64,000 nucleotides of DNA from Aplysia californica. Taxonomy: Eukaryota. The translations under genes were made by a program, and so were the position numbers. The notes under the pieces were generated by a model, which saw only the letters and a program-made list of their open reading frames with translations, was not told the origin of the DNA and searched no databases. The stretch lies in the NCBI RefSeq assembly GCF_000002075.1, contig NW_004797557.1, positions 554,989-618,988 of the forward strand, given 5' to 3'. Positions 27,701-40,029 of this stretch are shown piece after piece. The stretch's first letter is position 1, and every line of letters begins with the position of its first letter.

Positions 27701-30476
27701 GAATACCACAGCTGTCGCAAGCAAATTAACTCACTTAAGTCAAAATTTTGAGAACTTTCTATTTTTGCACCCTCCCAAAGCATTATCAAAGATACACAAT
27801 TCAACATCACCAAGATGCAGTTTAATGCTAAGGTCAAGTATTACAATTTTCTTGTTCTTCTCGATTCTTGACAGAAACAACACAGCAAAAATAGTTTATC
27901 TGTAAAGAGTACCCAAACGGACTTAGGCAGATTGCTTGCGACACTGGCAATATATTAGTGCAATCAACATGGAAAGGGACTGGAATAGAAGATCTTAGAA
28001 CTCAAGCACTATTTCTATGATTCTTGACTAGTTGTCTTTCATTGCAAGACAAACTCATGAATAATTCAAGGCAAAAAAAATTTCTCTTCTGATTTTAAAG
28101 TGCTTTCAATGACAGGACTAACTTTTTCTTCTGTTATATAAAGTCACTTCAAGCATTTCGCAAAATACACAAAGGACTTGTCCTCACTTTTTAGTTGTAT
28201 TAGATAATATAAAATGTTGGGTAATAAATAATCATAAAGTCTTCAAGGAAATAAAAAATAAAAAGATCTTTTTCTACCAAAAATTTGCAAATACCTGCAC
28301 TGTGCAAAAAAAAAAAAATGGAAGATAATTTTGATATTCCAAACAGCAATGCTTGATAAAGTGAGATCTTGATGCAGAGTGAAAAGTACAAGCAGTAGTC
28401 AGAGCTTATGATTTAAGCAACTGACGCTCAATTACATTGCGAATTTCAACAAATTTGAACTTGGACCCACTTACGTCTGTGTTCACTTTTTGACCTTTAA
28501 ATCATAAATACCAACAGCAGTCACAGCTTACTATTTAAGCAACTGTCACTCACTAACACTGCAAACTTCAACAAATGTGAACTTGGACCTCTTTATGTCT
28601 GTTCATTTTTTTAACTTAACATCATCATTAGTTGATTGCGAATGTCATTTAAAAAATGTAATACAGCTTGCATTGGTAGTACTACTACAAAGCTGGAGAA
28701 AATAAGGTTTAGATATACAAAAAAAGAAACAGAACTAAATCTAAAGTGGTTAAGTTGGCATACCCCCTCCCCCAAACCCACCCATCCCCCCCCAAAAAAA
28801 ACCCCAGCAAACAAACCAAAAACAGAACCCAAATTTAAAACATTTGGGTTTTTTTACATCTTAAAGCATATTTACAATATTTTCGGGGGTATTTTTTTTT
28901 AAAGGTATTCGTTTTAAGAGCATATTTTTGTTTTCCTTCTTAAGCCAGCTTCCTTCTTTTCGAAATGAGTATAGGCCCTACAATCAAAATGGATTTTAAA
29001 AATTTGTAAAAGGCAGGGAAAGAAGGTGGCAGATAAAAAAATTAGAGACTCACAGTGTAATCTTGGTAAGTTATTATCTTTTGTTGAAGCTAAATAGGCA
29101 GTTTAAACAATCTTTTAAGTAGGACAATAATAATTGTAATTACCTTTGTTTTGACAGAATTCTTTGACTTTTGCCATACATTGAAAGACACTGTCTTCAT
29201 CAGTGACATCAAGGGAGACAACATGCATGCGCCCAGTAGTGCTTGCTTGGAGAAGAGCAGCCCCTTCGCTGCCAGCATTCAAGCAACCAGCGATTACTGT
29301 GTATCCATGTAAGTCAAGTCTTCGAGCACATGCATTTCCAAAACCTGTCAACAGACCACAGATGTAGGAGCATAAAAGTAGACATATAACTTTAAAAGTT
29401 TGGGGGAAAAAAAAAATATTGAGTTAAACCAAAATATCTGGTTGATGGGGGAATTGATACAAGAATGAGTTTTATAAATGTGAGGCATCGAGGTGTAATC
29501 AGGCACTTGTCAAAATAATTAAATCGAAGATACTGGTATTTTTCTGCGGGTTAGGCCATTTTTATTGAATTTTTCTTTTTTGGCTACACACTTTTGACAT
29601 CTACTTAAAAACACTTTTGATGTGGGCTCTACTGAAAATCGTTAATCAAAGTTAAAGAAACAAAAAATATGAGTTTGCTGTTTCCAAGGACTCTCAAGCT
29701 ATGGCAAGTCACCAAACTTCGGCCGCCGTTTTCTTGCTAATTTTACCTCTGAAATCAGGCAACCCCAATCTCCTTCAATCGCAACATTTCTATTTAAGAT
29801 AGACAGGTATTTTTTCATCAAAATAAAGGCATATAAACACGCTTTAAGATGATACCAGTAACTCCACATGCCCAAAAATTTATAAGCGCCTGATTCCACG
29901 TTATTGTGACACAAATTTGTTCTGCATGAGTACTATATTTTTTCTATAAGTATACCATATACCACACAAAATGATGAGATAGTCTCTTCCATCAAAACAT
30001 CTCTCCCTTGACTCTTCGCCCAATGAGGCACATAAAAAAAGTAGAATTGCTCACATGTATTACATTCTAGAAGTACCTTCTTGAATAAGAAGTGAAACAA
30101 AAATGTGGATCCACAAAGTCATTATAAAAGTAATTTTACCAGACGTAGGTGAAAATCTCCTGGAAGTTGACACTTAAAATAAGCAGGTCTACCAAGTCAT
30201 ATAAACAATTGAGATTATATATGCATAGATAAAAAGACGAATGGGGTTGGGGGGCTCAATACCTGAGTCACATCCACTGATGAACACAACACGTCCTTCT
30301 GGGTCTACTCTTCGTAAAAGTAAATATCTAATGACAACCACAGCTGTGCCAATGGCAAGTACAGTCAAAATGGCTATGGTCACTTCCCGCACAGCAACGA
30401 CGAATGGCAGAAAGGCTAGCACTAGTAGATATACAAGCTCAAATATCTGAAGACTGCAAAATTGCTTTACATCCAT
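19736..30476 (-). CDS. Membrane-anchored short-chain dehydrogenase/reductase (SDR9C: BDH1/RDH/HSD17B2-like), 365 aa, lacking catalytic Tyr/Lys
   Basis: 7 exons 30476-30263, 29344-29144, 26658-26506, 23942-23749, 22440-22339, 21496-21362, 19834-19736 (1098 nt, all GT-AG, phases consistent). Motifs [39 protein letters not shown], IRPG. Confidence 0.92.
21100..21299 (-). mobile_element. Short tRNA-derived SINE; related copy at 53570-53740
   Basis: Reverse complement starts GCCTCTGTGGTGTAGTGGTTAGACG; the two copies align along their length. Confidence 0.65.
21362..21496 (-). CDS. SDR coding exon 6
   Basis: 135 nt, VVTAMENAVT...YLVDG, gtaagt donor. Confidence 0.85.
22339..22440 (-). CDS. SDR coding exon 5
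   Basis: 102 nt, phase 0/0, ..QEVLNAYGTKHL.. Confidence 0.85.
23749..23942 (-). CDS. SDR coding exon 4 (active-site region)
   Basis: GRVINMSG...[36 protein letters not shown]. Confidence 0.93.
24533..25333. mobile_element. Tigger/pogo-like MITE
   Basis: TA|CAGTCAAACCTG ... CAGGTTCGACTG|TA, with subterminal repeats. Confidence 0.75.
26506..26658 (-). CDS. SDR coding exon 3
   Basis: [11 protein letters not shown]...EVNLLG...LPYVRKAK. Confidence 0.93.
28391..28612. repeat. Diverged ~122-bp tandem duplication
   Basis: ..TTTAAGCAACTG..TTCAACAAAT.TGAACTTGGACC.. occurs twice in tandem. Confidence 0.8.
29144..29344 (-). CDS. SDR coding exon 2
   Basis: GFGNACARRLD..VIAGCL..SLDVTDEDSV. Confidence 0.93.
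29480..29912. mobile_element. Second MITE of the 17185-17620 family, opposite orientation, AAAT TSD
   Basis: Shared GGGCATGT.GAGTTA.TGGTATCATCTTAAAGC block and TIRs; AAAT on both sides. Confidence 0.7.
30263..30476 (-). CDS. SDR coding exon 1 (hydrophobic anchor plus start of the GxxxGxG motif); exon begins at 30510
   Basis: MDVKQF...VVFISGCDS; acceptor tttcag at 30511; donor gtattg. Confidence 0.9.
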
Positions 30477-31262
30477 CTTTTAAAATGATACTGTTCTCTT
30501 GTCAAGTTGTCTGAAAAAAAAAGAAGTTAAAATTAAGCTGGTCTGAAAAGTTAGGATAAACAGAAAAAATGGTACGATGACAGGTATAACATCAGGCACT
30601 ATTGAGTAATAGTAAATTGTCAATACAATGTATTATCTTTGTTGCTAGAAAAATAAGAAAACCAGTTTGCTCACCCTGCGAGGCAGGGTGAAACAAAAGA
30701 AAGCCTCCTTGCAACAATGATTCTGAATTACTTTCAAACTTCACGAAATCCCTCATCAATCAGTTCTTATCATCCACAAAAAACATTTTACAGTACCTGT
30801 TCTTCTTTTCAAAACAGTGAAACTCGGAGCATAGTCGTAGGGCCTGACCTTTGATTTTGTTGAATCCAAGCGTTCATTACAGCAATGTGGGCAAAAAGTT
30901 GCGTCACAATGTAGGGCTTGGCATACAGCAACATCTGTTTCCACAGACCAGCGCGCAATTCATTACATAGATTTACATATATGTCTAGACGAGCCTTTCA
31001 TTGTCAAGTAGCCTGGGGGAGAGGTGGATATGATCGTGATGCGTCTGTGTCTTTGCCAACTGTTTACGTCTGAAATGCTTGTACCTACACGCCCTAATCT
31101 CTTCAGACACATGCATTATATATCAGCCCCCCAACCGACCTCCCTGACACACACTAAGACATGTCATGTCTTATGCACGTGTCAACAACGCACGTGTCAG
31201 TGAGAAAGAAGGCTTCCGATTGGACCCATCAGATGAACACAATAGGCTACGCTAAGCATGTA

Positions 31263-33153
31263 CGAGGGCTGTCCCATGGAAAACCGGAAAAGGTCCATAA
31301 AAACAACAATCTTTGTCCTATTATAATAAAAATATAACACATCATACCTCAACATGTGCATTATTTCTCAATGTAATCACCATCCCGCTGGGCGCATTTT
31401 TTCCCATCGCTGGATCGGGGAGAAGATACCCTCCCTGAAGAATTTTTCGTCAAGGGATTTCAACCAATCTTTCACGGCTTCCACGAGGTTTTCGTCGTCG
31501 GTGAATCGCTGTCCAGAAATATGGCGTTTCACAGGTCCAAAAAGGTGATAATCTGATGGGGCCAAGTCAGGACTGTGAGGGGGGTGTGGCAGAACTTCCT
31601 AGCCAAACCGTTGGATCCAGTCTTTCGTAGTGTTTGCAGTGTGTGGCGTTGCGTTGTCATGCTCCAAAATGACACTGCTGGACAACTGGCCTGGTTTTTC
31701 GGCGCACAACCTCTCTCAACTTATCAAGAGTCTGGCAGTATCTGTAAGCATTAACAGTTTGTCCTGGTTCAAGAATGTCAAGAAACAGAACACCCTTAGC
31801 ATTCCACAAAACCGTGGCCATGAGTTTCTTCACCAATGGCTGAACTTTAAACTTTTTCGGGGAGGTGAAGACATGTGCTTCCAAACCATTGAAGGGGGCT
31901 CTCGTGGCCTAGAGGTTAAGGTGTTGGCCTCTCATTCAAAGGTCCCGGGTTCGATTCCGGGTAGCGACCAAAAAATTTTCTTCTCTAAAATTGTCTCCTT
32001 TCACATCCTTTCCTGATCTCTAACAATGTTCTGTTGTCTGCTTTCATTTCCACTTTCTGCCCCCACCCCCTCACCCCCTTTGCCCCCTCCTCTGGGCTCC
32101 TGACTCTTTCTGCAGCCTTTCTACTGCTACTCCCTGGCTCCTCCTAACTGCTGTCTTTCTGCCACACCCCTGATCTTCTGGTAGGAAAGATCTACACCTA
32201 GCCTTCTCGGACAAGGGCGAAAAATCTCGGAGGGCCCGTGTGCAAGTTGCGCACGTTAAAGATCCCTTGGTGGTCTAAAATCGATAAGAGTAGGCTTCGG
32301 CCGCCACCCGGGCAAAATTCAAAATTTCCTACCAACGAAAAAGTATTAGGTGTGTCCTGCGCGCTCATATGACCTTATGCAGTTGCGAGCGCCGTAAAAC
32401 CCTATACTAAACAAACAAACAAACCATTGAATCCCTCTTCGTCTCAGGGGTCATGTGGTGTATCCAAGTCTCATCACATGTAATTTATATATAATGCTTC
32501 TCAAAAATGCTTCATCGTATTGTTGGAGGTCTCGAGATGCATTAATGACTCCCCTGACAGCTTGACGACAACGATTCAACAAAGTCTGAGACACTTCAAC
32601 ACGTTGCGTCTTGTGGTCAGCTGTCAGCTCTTTTGGGACCCATCAAGCAGAGACCTTTCGATAATGCAGCTCATCAAACTCTATCCTATGGACAGTTGAC
32701 TTTGAAATGTTTAGAGACTCGAAAATTTCGCGAATTTTTAGGCGCTTGTCTGTTTGAATGAATTCGTTAACACGACTCTCGTTGTCCTCAGTCTTAGCAG
32801 AAGAACAAGGTCCTGGGTGAACTTTGTCATTGATATCCGTATGCCCGCCTTTGAACTTACTACACCACTCATATACCTGTGACTTTGCCATTACTTTCTC
32901 CCCGTAAACTGACTTTATTTCAGCGTGTATTTCTATAGGTCTTAGACCTTTTGCAGTCAGAAACCGAATGACAGACCTCACTTCTATCCTTGACCAATTT
33001 TTCAAGGGGATAGTCATCTAGGGAGAACTGCTGTGTTCGTTTGGTTTGTGCGAAGCTCATGGTGCTCAATCGGGAAATTCCTATATGATTGTTTTACAAG
33101 TGTGCATTTACAGAATGTAAAAATATAGAATAGTTTTCAAATTACAGCCCTCG
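31263..33153 (-). mobile_element. Mariner (DD34D) transposon, inactivated
   Basis: TA|CGAGGGCTGT...ACAGCCCTCG|TA; ORF from 33017 (EVRSVIRFL..IHAEI..VYG), (R->*)WVPKEL, TCDETW, HSPDLAPSDYHLF; stops, frameshifts and a SINE insertion. Confidence 0.95.
31894..32419 (+). mobile_element. Full-length tRNA(Glu-like)-head SINE with Deu/Nin-like central domain and Nimb-LINE-like tail
   Basis: A/B boxes (GTGGCCTAGAGG, GGTTCGATTCC); core GCACGTTAAAGATCCC...AAGAGTAGG; (AAAC)n tail; 12-bp TSD CAAACCATTGAA (31882-31893, 32420-32431). Confidence 0.9.
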
Positions 33154-34075
33154 TAATTATCTGTGGGGCAAGTGTGATCAATGGTCTCTTGGAATAGAGT
33201 AAATAAGGTTAGTTAAATCCGATTTCGCTCATTTATGTGTTTGTTGTATCCTAGTTATTTTGTTGATTAAAAAAAAAACCCAAAAAAACAGGGAATCTGT
33301 CTTCTTTCGTTGAATCTGAGTTTTCGTTGAATCCAAGTTCCACAATATATGTTTTTGAAAGCTTTCAGACACACACGTTCAATATAACATGACAAAATAA
33401 AAATGGTTTTGAATATTAAATACTGATCACCTTATTTAATGGATTCTTTCATCACAAATGTTTCTTACAAACCTCAGCATGTATTAATTTCCTTGTTAAC
33501 TTTCCTATCTACGGAAAGTTTATGTGTGCATGCATGGATTCCTATCAGCACAGCTGGGAGAAGATAGAAGCTGTGCGCATCTCTCACTATCTGGTTACTA
33601 CTTTCACCGTTGACATAACAGTATCAACTGATAGAACTAAGAAATGTCTCTCCACTTCACGATTTCTGCATTTATAAAAGTGACCACTGTATATGACTGC
33701 TTTGCCTCTAATTCTTTGTTTATGGGAAATTCATTTTTACCATGTGATACCGGCACTGATATATTAGTTTTAAAAAATAAAATTATCACTTTGAACAGAT
33801 ACAAGCATTTCTCTTGAGGTAATGTACATGAAACTTAAACTTCATTTATAAAATGTATACAACCTTCGCTGAAAAATGTAAAAAAAACAAAAAAACCTAG
33901 TCACCAGGAAAGGTCATTTTATGCAGAAACATACAGGGTGATTCGCAGAAATTTGTACAAGAACGTTGTAATTTGGAACAGATTAATTCTTCCAAAGGAA
34001 TTTGTTTGACATAAAATTCATAAAGAAGAAAAACTTGTTTTCGAGAACAGAAATGGCTTTTATATAAACTACCTA

Positions 34076-34942
34076 CAGTAGTCTCCGCCTAAACGCACGC
34101 CATATAAAAGCACGCTCCGCTCAAACACACGCTTTCATCATCTGACAGGTTTTTTACAACATATTTTAGACGTACAAACGCACGGTCACTCTCTCTAAAC
34201 GCATGCTCCGATCCGTAAAACGCACAGACAGGTTAAGCTGAACAAAGGGAAATCTGCACAGTTTGCATTATAAGACAAGCCTAGACAGTATGATATTCGG
34301 TGAGACTGCCCCTCACGCCGAACAAAGAGAGTGATGGACAGCGTTTTCACACTCAACTTTCCACAGACAGTACATAGATCAAGGTCTAGGACTGGTCGGT
34401 GAAATGTTGGGGGGTTGGTTGACTGAAATGTTATTTGATTGGTCACTCAAGTCACTGGGTTTCTGACTGGTGTTAGGGTGACTGCATGTAATGTTTGGTT
34501 AGACCTAGGCCCATGATGCGAAACATGCATGAATGCTCGTCAATGAATTTACGGTCGGGGGGGCGGTCGCTTGGAAAGTCACGTGGCTGGGCCGTCGACT
34601 TTATTACTATCACCAACAGTTTCCTTTTACGCTATCTGTTCCCGACATTTTAAGGTGCATATCAATACATTGAGTTTGTATCCCCCCCACACACACACAC
34701 ACACCCATTCAACGCCTTTGTATTCTTAACCGCAATCGGGGAATCCTTCACAAAACAGTCACGTGTCGTGACTTTATCGGCCCAAAGTGACCCCCACTCC
34801 CAAGGGAGGTCACTAGAATATCAAGGTAATGAGGTGACTGCATCCCTTCCTCCCTTTACAAAAGTTCATGTAAACGCACGCTCCGTATAAACACACGTTA
34901 AGGAGCCCTCCCGAGCACCTTGCGTTTAGGCAGAGACTACTG
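34076..34942. mobile_element. Tigger/pogo-like MITE
   Basis: TIR CAGTAGTCTC(C/T)GCCTAAACGCA, TA TSD. Confidence 0.85.
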
Positions 34943-35155
34943 TATATAAATTAATGCAAAATGCACGAATTTAAAAGATCTTGCAAGGAGACCTGAAATG
35001 ATTGGTTTGCTTTTTCCCTTCCTTTTCTTTTTAAAATCTAATCTTTCCATCCCGGTAACATTTAAACAATATGATATATACATATATCGTTTCTCTTACA
35101 GAGCTGAAAAAAAATATTTGTAAAATTCTGGAATTCTGAGAACCAGTGCCCTATA

Positions 35156-35600
35156 CAGTGGAACTCGGATTCAACGAGGTCGCCGGGCCTGACCTAAAAT
35201 CTCGTTGAATATGAGTGTTCGTTATAGCAAATATGAGAGTTTGTGTAGATAATTACAGGCACTGAGCAGTTACAAGTAGTGCCTGAAATACCAGCATGTT
35301 ATAAGCTGTGTAAAAAAAGACCGATTCTTTCAAATGCACACGCCTGTGTCATCTCGATCGTTTACCAAAAAGTTGTGTTGCTGTGTAGAGCCTTGCATAC
35401 ACGGAAATTTTTGCTTCCATAGACCAGCGCACAATTCATTACGTAGATCTACGTCAAGACTATACATATCATTGTAATAATGATCAGTTGCCGAGGGGGG
35501 AAAAAAAGACTGTGACGCGTTTGTATCTGCGATGTTCAGCGCCCGGACCGCCAGTGCCGTCACACATGACGTCACCTGATCTAGATTTCTAGGCTTCGGC
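35156..35600. mobile_element. Tigger-like MITE, left part
   Basis: TA|CAGTGGAACTCGGATTCAACG; homologous to the 30815 element. Confidence 0.6.
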
Positions 35601-36365
35601 GTTTGAATTAGCAGAGGGTAGTGTCTACATACTCTAACGTTAGGCCTAGAGAACGTATACAAGCTGTCTACGTTCTCTAATGTTCAGTGCTTCCAAGCAT
35701 GTCAATATGTCATCAAATCCAGGTCCTGGAAGGTTTTAATTTTTCTTCTCCTGAGCCTAAAATTATTTTTTTTAAATAATTAGACTCACAGACCAAGGAA
35801 AGCCACTATCGAACTTTAACCAAGCCTAAATTGGCAAGGACCTACTTATTTGTAGAAAAGCTCCTCTTGCAGACAAAGAATGTGCACCATGCTTTGATCA
35901 TCACTACATAAAAAACTACAATAAGCAACAAGTTATAATTATGGGAAAAAATTGTCTGTCAGTCGGAAAAGGAGAAGAAGAAAAAAACACAAAAATCTTC
36001 CAGGACCGGGATTCGTACCAACGCTCATAAAATAATGGTTTGATTTCTAACGCAGACGCGCTGTCCATTCAGCCATATCAGAACTTCCAACAATTAAAGA
36101 ATCGTACGTAGTTTAAGCCTTATATTTAACACACGACGTTTTATTTAGAACTGGCGCTTATCGCAATGCTGCGTTTTATTTAGCACTGGCACTAATCGCA
36201 ACGCGGCGTTGCAAAAATAGGCATTTCCAAAAATGAAATACATATAGGACTTCTACGTCATGACCTTTGATGTAATATAGATCTAGATATCTAGATCTAA
36301 TCTAGATCTAGATGTAGCTGGAACTTGACAAAAATGGATTTTATTATTGATGTTTAATTCTCCTG

Positions 36366-36614
36366 GGTAAGATTGAAGAATACCGGACCAGCGGACTGAT
36401 TTTGCCTATGTCTCAACCTTAGGAATTCATAATTTCCCCGTTGTTAATATCTCTCAATGGAGATTCTCGGACCGGTAGATCTATTCATTAAAATTTTGTC
36501 TGGGGGAGATGCCCCTGAACCCCCCCCCCCCCTCCTCCACCCCAACTACCCGCCCCACCTACCCACTTTCTCGCGCAATAATGTACAAGTGGTCCGGTAT
36601 TCTTCAATCTTCCC
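36366..36614. mobile_element. 249-bp MITE, 25-bp TIR, 8-bp TSD (Merlin-like)
   Basis: GG(T/G)AAGATTGAAGAATACCGGACCA TIR; TSD TTCTCCTG at 36358-36365 and 36615-36622. Confidence 0.8.
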
Positions 36615-36690
36615 TTCTCCTGCTGAAGAATTAAGATTGAATTCGATTAATTCAAATCGCAAAATGCATAAAAGTAATCTAGAATCTACA

Positions 36691-36725
36691 TAGATCTAGA
36701 TCTAGATCTAGATCTAGATCTAGAT
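36691..36725. repeat. (TAGATC)n self-complementary microsatellite
   Basis: ~6 perfect units; shorter arrays at 36278-36313 and 37441-37470. Confidence 0.9.
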
Positions 36726-36924
36726 TCTAAAAACCACTGACATGCAAGTGAAAAAAAATTGCTCTCATTGGAGTCTGAGCACAGGCCCACCCCTCATTAA
36801 AAAGTAAAGTGTTTCCAATCCCTTCACATTCACATTTTAGGGCCTTCAATGTAGGCCCTGCACAATTCTGATCACTGCTACGAATACAGCAATGAACGAG
36901 AGGACTTTGTACAAGTTGACTTAC

Positions 36925-37369
36925 CTCTGTAGTTCTAGCTTTCGAATGGACTACTGATCGCAGGCCCGGACTATATATAAGATCTCTGCGTGTACCGGAA
37001 TTATGTTATCATCTCAACCTGTGCCCTGTTTGTTATCTAACTGACCCGTTGACCTGTCCTCACATAAGGCTTGCGTAACCTAACAATGAGTGATAACAGT
37101 GGTCTTTATTTCAATCTTTATTCCCCGTCTATTTCAGGATCGGATAGGGTCTCAAATCTCAACCCTGTAGCCTTGTCGATAGTCACTAGTCACGACTGAT
37201 TGAGTTGTCAAGTGTCAACACTGACTTCAGGGAAGTAACTAGAGTTTCACAAGCTCGTTTCTTGCTGGCGCGAAAGATGGTCTCCCTTCTCTTCCATCAA
37301 ACTGCCAGCTGATTGCTGTAAACAAAATAGAAAGTATAAGAAGCCCACAAGCCTACGGTGTGTGTCTGT
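36925..37369. promoter_or_regulatory. Putative bidirectional promoter with non-coding first exons of the SDR (-) and endonuclease IV (+) genes
   Basis: Minus-strand donor AG|GTAAGT at 36924 and plus-strand GTAAGT at 37370 face away from each other; TATATA at ~36972; TTGCGTAA at ~37071; no recognisable repeat here. Confidence 0.45.
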
Positions 37370-37874
37370 GTAAGTGATGTGATGCTCTGTTCGGTAGGCC
37401 TAGGCTAACAACTGCTTCACTGTAATACTACTGGTCAGTGTCTAGATCTAGAATCTAGATAGAATCTACTGGTTCAAAAGTTTTTAAGTTTTAGGCGGCA
37501 TTAATTTGTCATCTCATTTAGACTATTCTAGATCTAGGGCAGGGCCTATATTTATCCATAAAGAAATCTTGAACTCCAAATGACAGAGAAAATAAGTTTT
37601 TCCCTCTCCTGTAAAATTTGCTGCGTGTGGAATTCACAATTTCATCAGGCGACCGACGATATAGGCTAGCTATAGCTTTTATAGGCTAGCAGAAATCAGA
37701 TTCAGAATTCAGAATCTGAACAGCAAAAACTCCTCTGAATTGAATTTGTTATTGAACAATCTTCAGCTGCCTCCACACCCGAGTGTCACACACACATCAA
37801 GTCGTGTCAAGGGTCAGTAAGTCGGAGTACAGAGACCATGTCGTGGATCTAGGTTTAAGTCGCAAGAGATAGTT

Positions 37875-38425
37875 TTATAAAAGGCAGGCTCTATTTCTCA
37901 GAGCATTTGGGAAAATAAACTTGAACTCGATTTCTCAGAACGGTTTCCGATCTCGAGATTTGTTGATAAAATAGCGAATGGAGTGGCCCGTGTTTGTGTA
38001 TGTGTGTGTCTGTGTGTAAGTTGTGAACCCAGGGGGGGGGGGGGGGGGGGGGGGGGGGGCGTGAAGGATTTTAGTTTTTGCTGGGTGACTAAATGCAAAA
38101 TAGGTTACACTGCCAAGGTAGAGCAGTCTTGTTTTCTCCCAGTACCTTTTGAAGGTATTTTCAAATGAAGGAAGTATAGTTCGGGAACTTTGCCCCAACC
38201 TCAACTGAAGTACCTGAATATTCAGACTTTTAAAAATCTCTAGCTCTAAAAATTGAATTTGATGCAAAAAATGCTTCTTCCCAGTCCTCATAGAATTGCA
38301 GATGAAAGGATGACGCCTAAATCTCGCAAATAACCCAAAAAATCTTGAGATCGGAAACCGTTAGGAGAAATAGAGTTCAACTTTATTTTCCCGAACGATC
38401 GGAGAAATAGTCACTTCGTTTATTA
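37875..38425. mobile_element. Foldback-type MITE with ~90-bp imperfect TIRs
   Basis: CTATTTCTC..GGGAAAATAAA.TTGAACTC.ATTTCTC..AACGGTTTCCGATCTC.AGATTT is mirrored at 38340-38410. Confidence 0.8.
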
Positions 38426-38544
38426 TGGATCTAGATCTACATTGAAATTTTATTAACTCTGTGAATCTTTGGTTTTGGCACTTAGAGTACCGGTAGATCT
38501 TAAGAGAGTAAGTTGGAATTGAATGTTAGCGTTTGCATGAAGTA

Positions 38545-39420
38545 CAGTTGAAACTGCCTTAACGGAAACCTGTGTAAAACGGATACCTGTCTTAAAGGAA
38601 TCTCCCCGCTCCCCTCTTGATATTCCTCTTTAATTACTTGTATAAAACGGAAACCTGTCCAACACAGAAATGGAAAGAAAAATCTGCTCCCTTCCCAGGG
38701 TTTCACCTGTCTAAGACGGAAAATTCTTTGCCCGCTCAGCCCTGATTTGAAACAAAACTCGCAAGTTTGGTTCCGCCAGCTATGCCGCTAGGCGAGGAAG
38801 GGTAGTAGGGGTGCAATATGGGGGTAGATGTTACCCCATCATGTGAGCCCTGAGCGATGCAGATGGTCAGGGTAGTGTGGGTGTGAAATCTCACGACTGC
38901 CCGTGAGAGTGCTCTAGTAGCGAGCCATCACAGAAACTTTCCTGGGTAGCCAGAAGCCAGAGGTGTGAAATTAGTTTGAGTTGACCAATGCCTGCCACCC
39001 TGATCGTACAGCCAGCCGAGAAAAGAGTTCCTCGAATCGTTGTTACATGATGGTGGTGAGGGGTGACATTGGTTGACTGTGCTTGTTACAAGTTACACCT
39101 GTGGGTGGGGGTAAGGGTGGAAGCAAAGGAGATGTTCAAACGTTTCTGTTTTTAATAGGTCAAACAGTGATCCTATAAAAGGCAAGCACTGGTGGTAATT
39201 GGATAAAAGTAAGACTGATGCTTGTCATTATCAGACAAGATAGTAGTTGAGAGGTGTGAAGTTTTTACCACTGCTTGCCAATCGGACAAGCGATCCTTGA
39301 TCCCACCTGCTGGGCCTTTGAACCCCCCCCCCCCCCCCCCCCCATCTCTCCCTAAATTTCCCTGTCTAAGACTGAATTTTTTTCTGGCTCCCTTGTGGCG
39401 ATTCCGTCTGTATTAGACTG
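38545..39420 (+). mobile_element. Tigger-like MITE
   Basis: TA|CAGTTGAAAC ... AGACTG|TA; repeated AACGGAAACCTGT subterminal motifs. Confidence 0.65.
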
Positions 39421-40029
39421 TATATATGGAGTTGGCTAGATCGATGGTGCCAAAACGGGATGTATACAAGTTAAATGATGTCTTTCTAGAGGCTTTCTTA
39501 ATTTAGGGCATTCTTCATTTTGTTGTCGTGTACAGCCGAACCTATCCAAGACGACCTCGTGTCACATGGGAGCTAGAGTTAAACATTTTCCGTCTTGGAA
39601 GGGAAATTTAGAAGGGTGGGGGGGGGGGGGGGGTTCCATAGGGTCAGCCTGTGTTGGGATCAAGGGTTGTCTGTCAGGTTGGCAAGTCGTTGTCAAAATT
39701 TCACACCTCCCACTCCAAAACTTGTGATATAGATCCTAGCCTCTCTAAATTTTATAAATATGGCATGTGGCAGTCTTACTTATCTTATTTATCTCTATTA
39801 TCACCACTGCCTTCATGTCTTGATTGAACCACTGTTTGACCAATAATAAAAAAACAGAAGTAACGATTGAATCATGTCTCCTTTTTCTGTCCTTAGCCCC
39901 ACCTGTCTATAATTTGTTACGCTCATAATCAGGCTAAGGCTAATCAGCGACAATCAACCACCAGTGCCACCCCTCCCCTCATTTAAGAACGATTCAATTA
40001 ACTTTTCTCTTAGTTGGCCATTCGTTCAG

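Larger units (their letters stand above)
30815..33345. mobile_element. Tigger-like MITE split by the mariner insertion (related copy starts at 35156)
   Basis: Left end CAGTGAAACTCGG, right end CGTTGAATCCAAGTTCCAC; 30840-30980 aligns with parts of 35185-35455. Confidence 0.6.

Noticed and set aside
19736-30476. SDR as a pseudogene or selenoprotein
   Set aside because: The reading frame and splice sites are intact and there is no in-frame TGA
31894-31970. Functional tRNA-Glu gene
   Set aside because: Poor acceptor and anticodon stems; it continues into a SINE body and tail with a TSD
36135-36210. 35-bp tandem repeat or other direct repeats as a CRISPR-like array
   Set aside because: Only two adjacent units, no spacers, eukaryotic context
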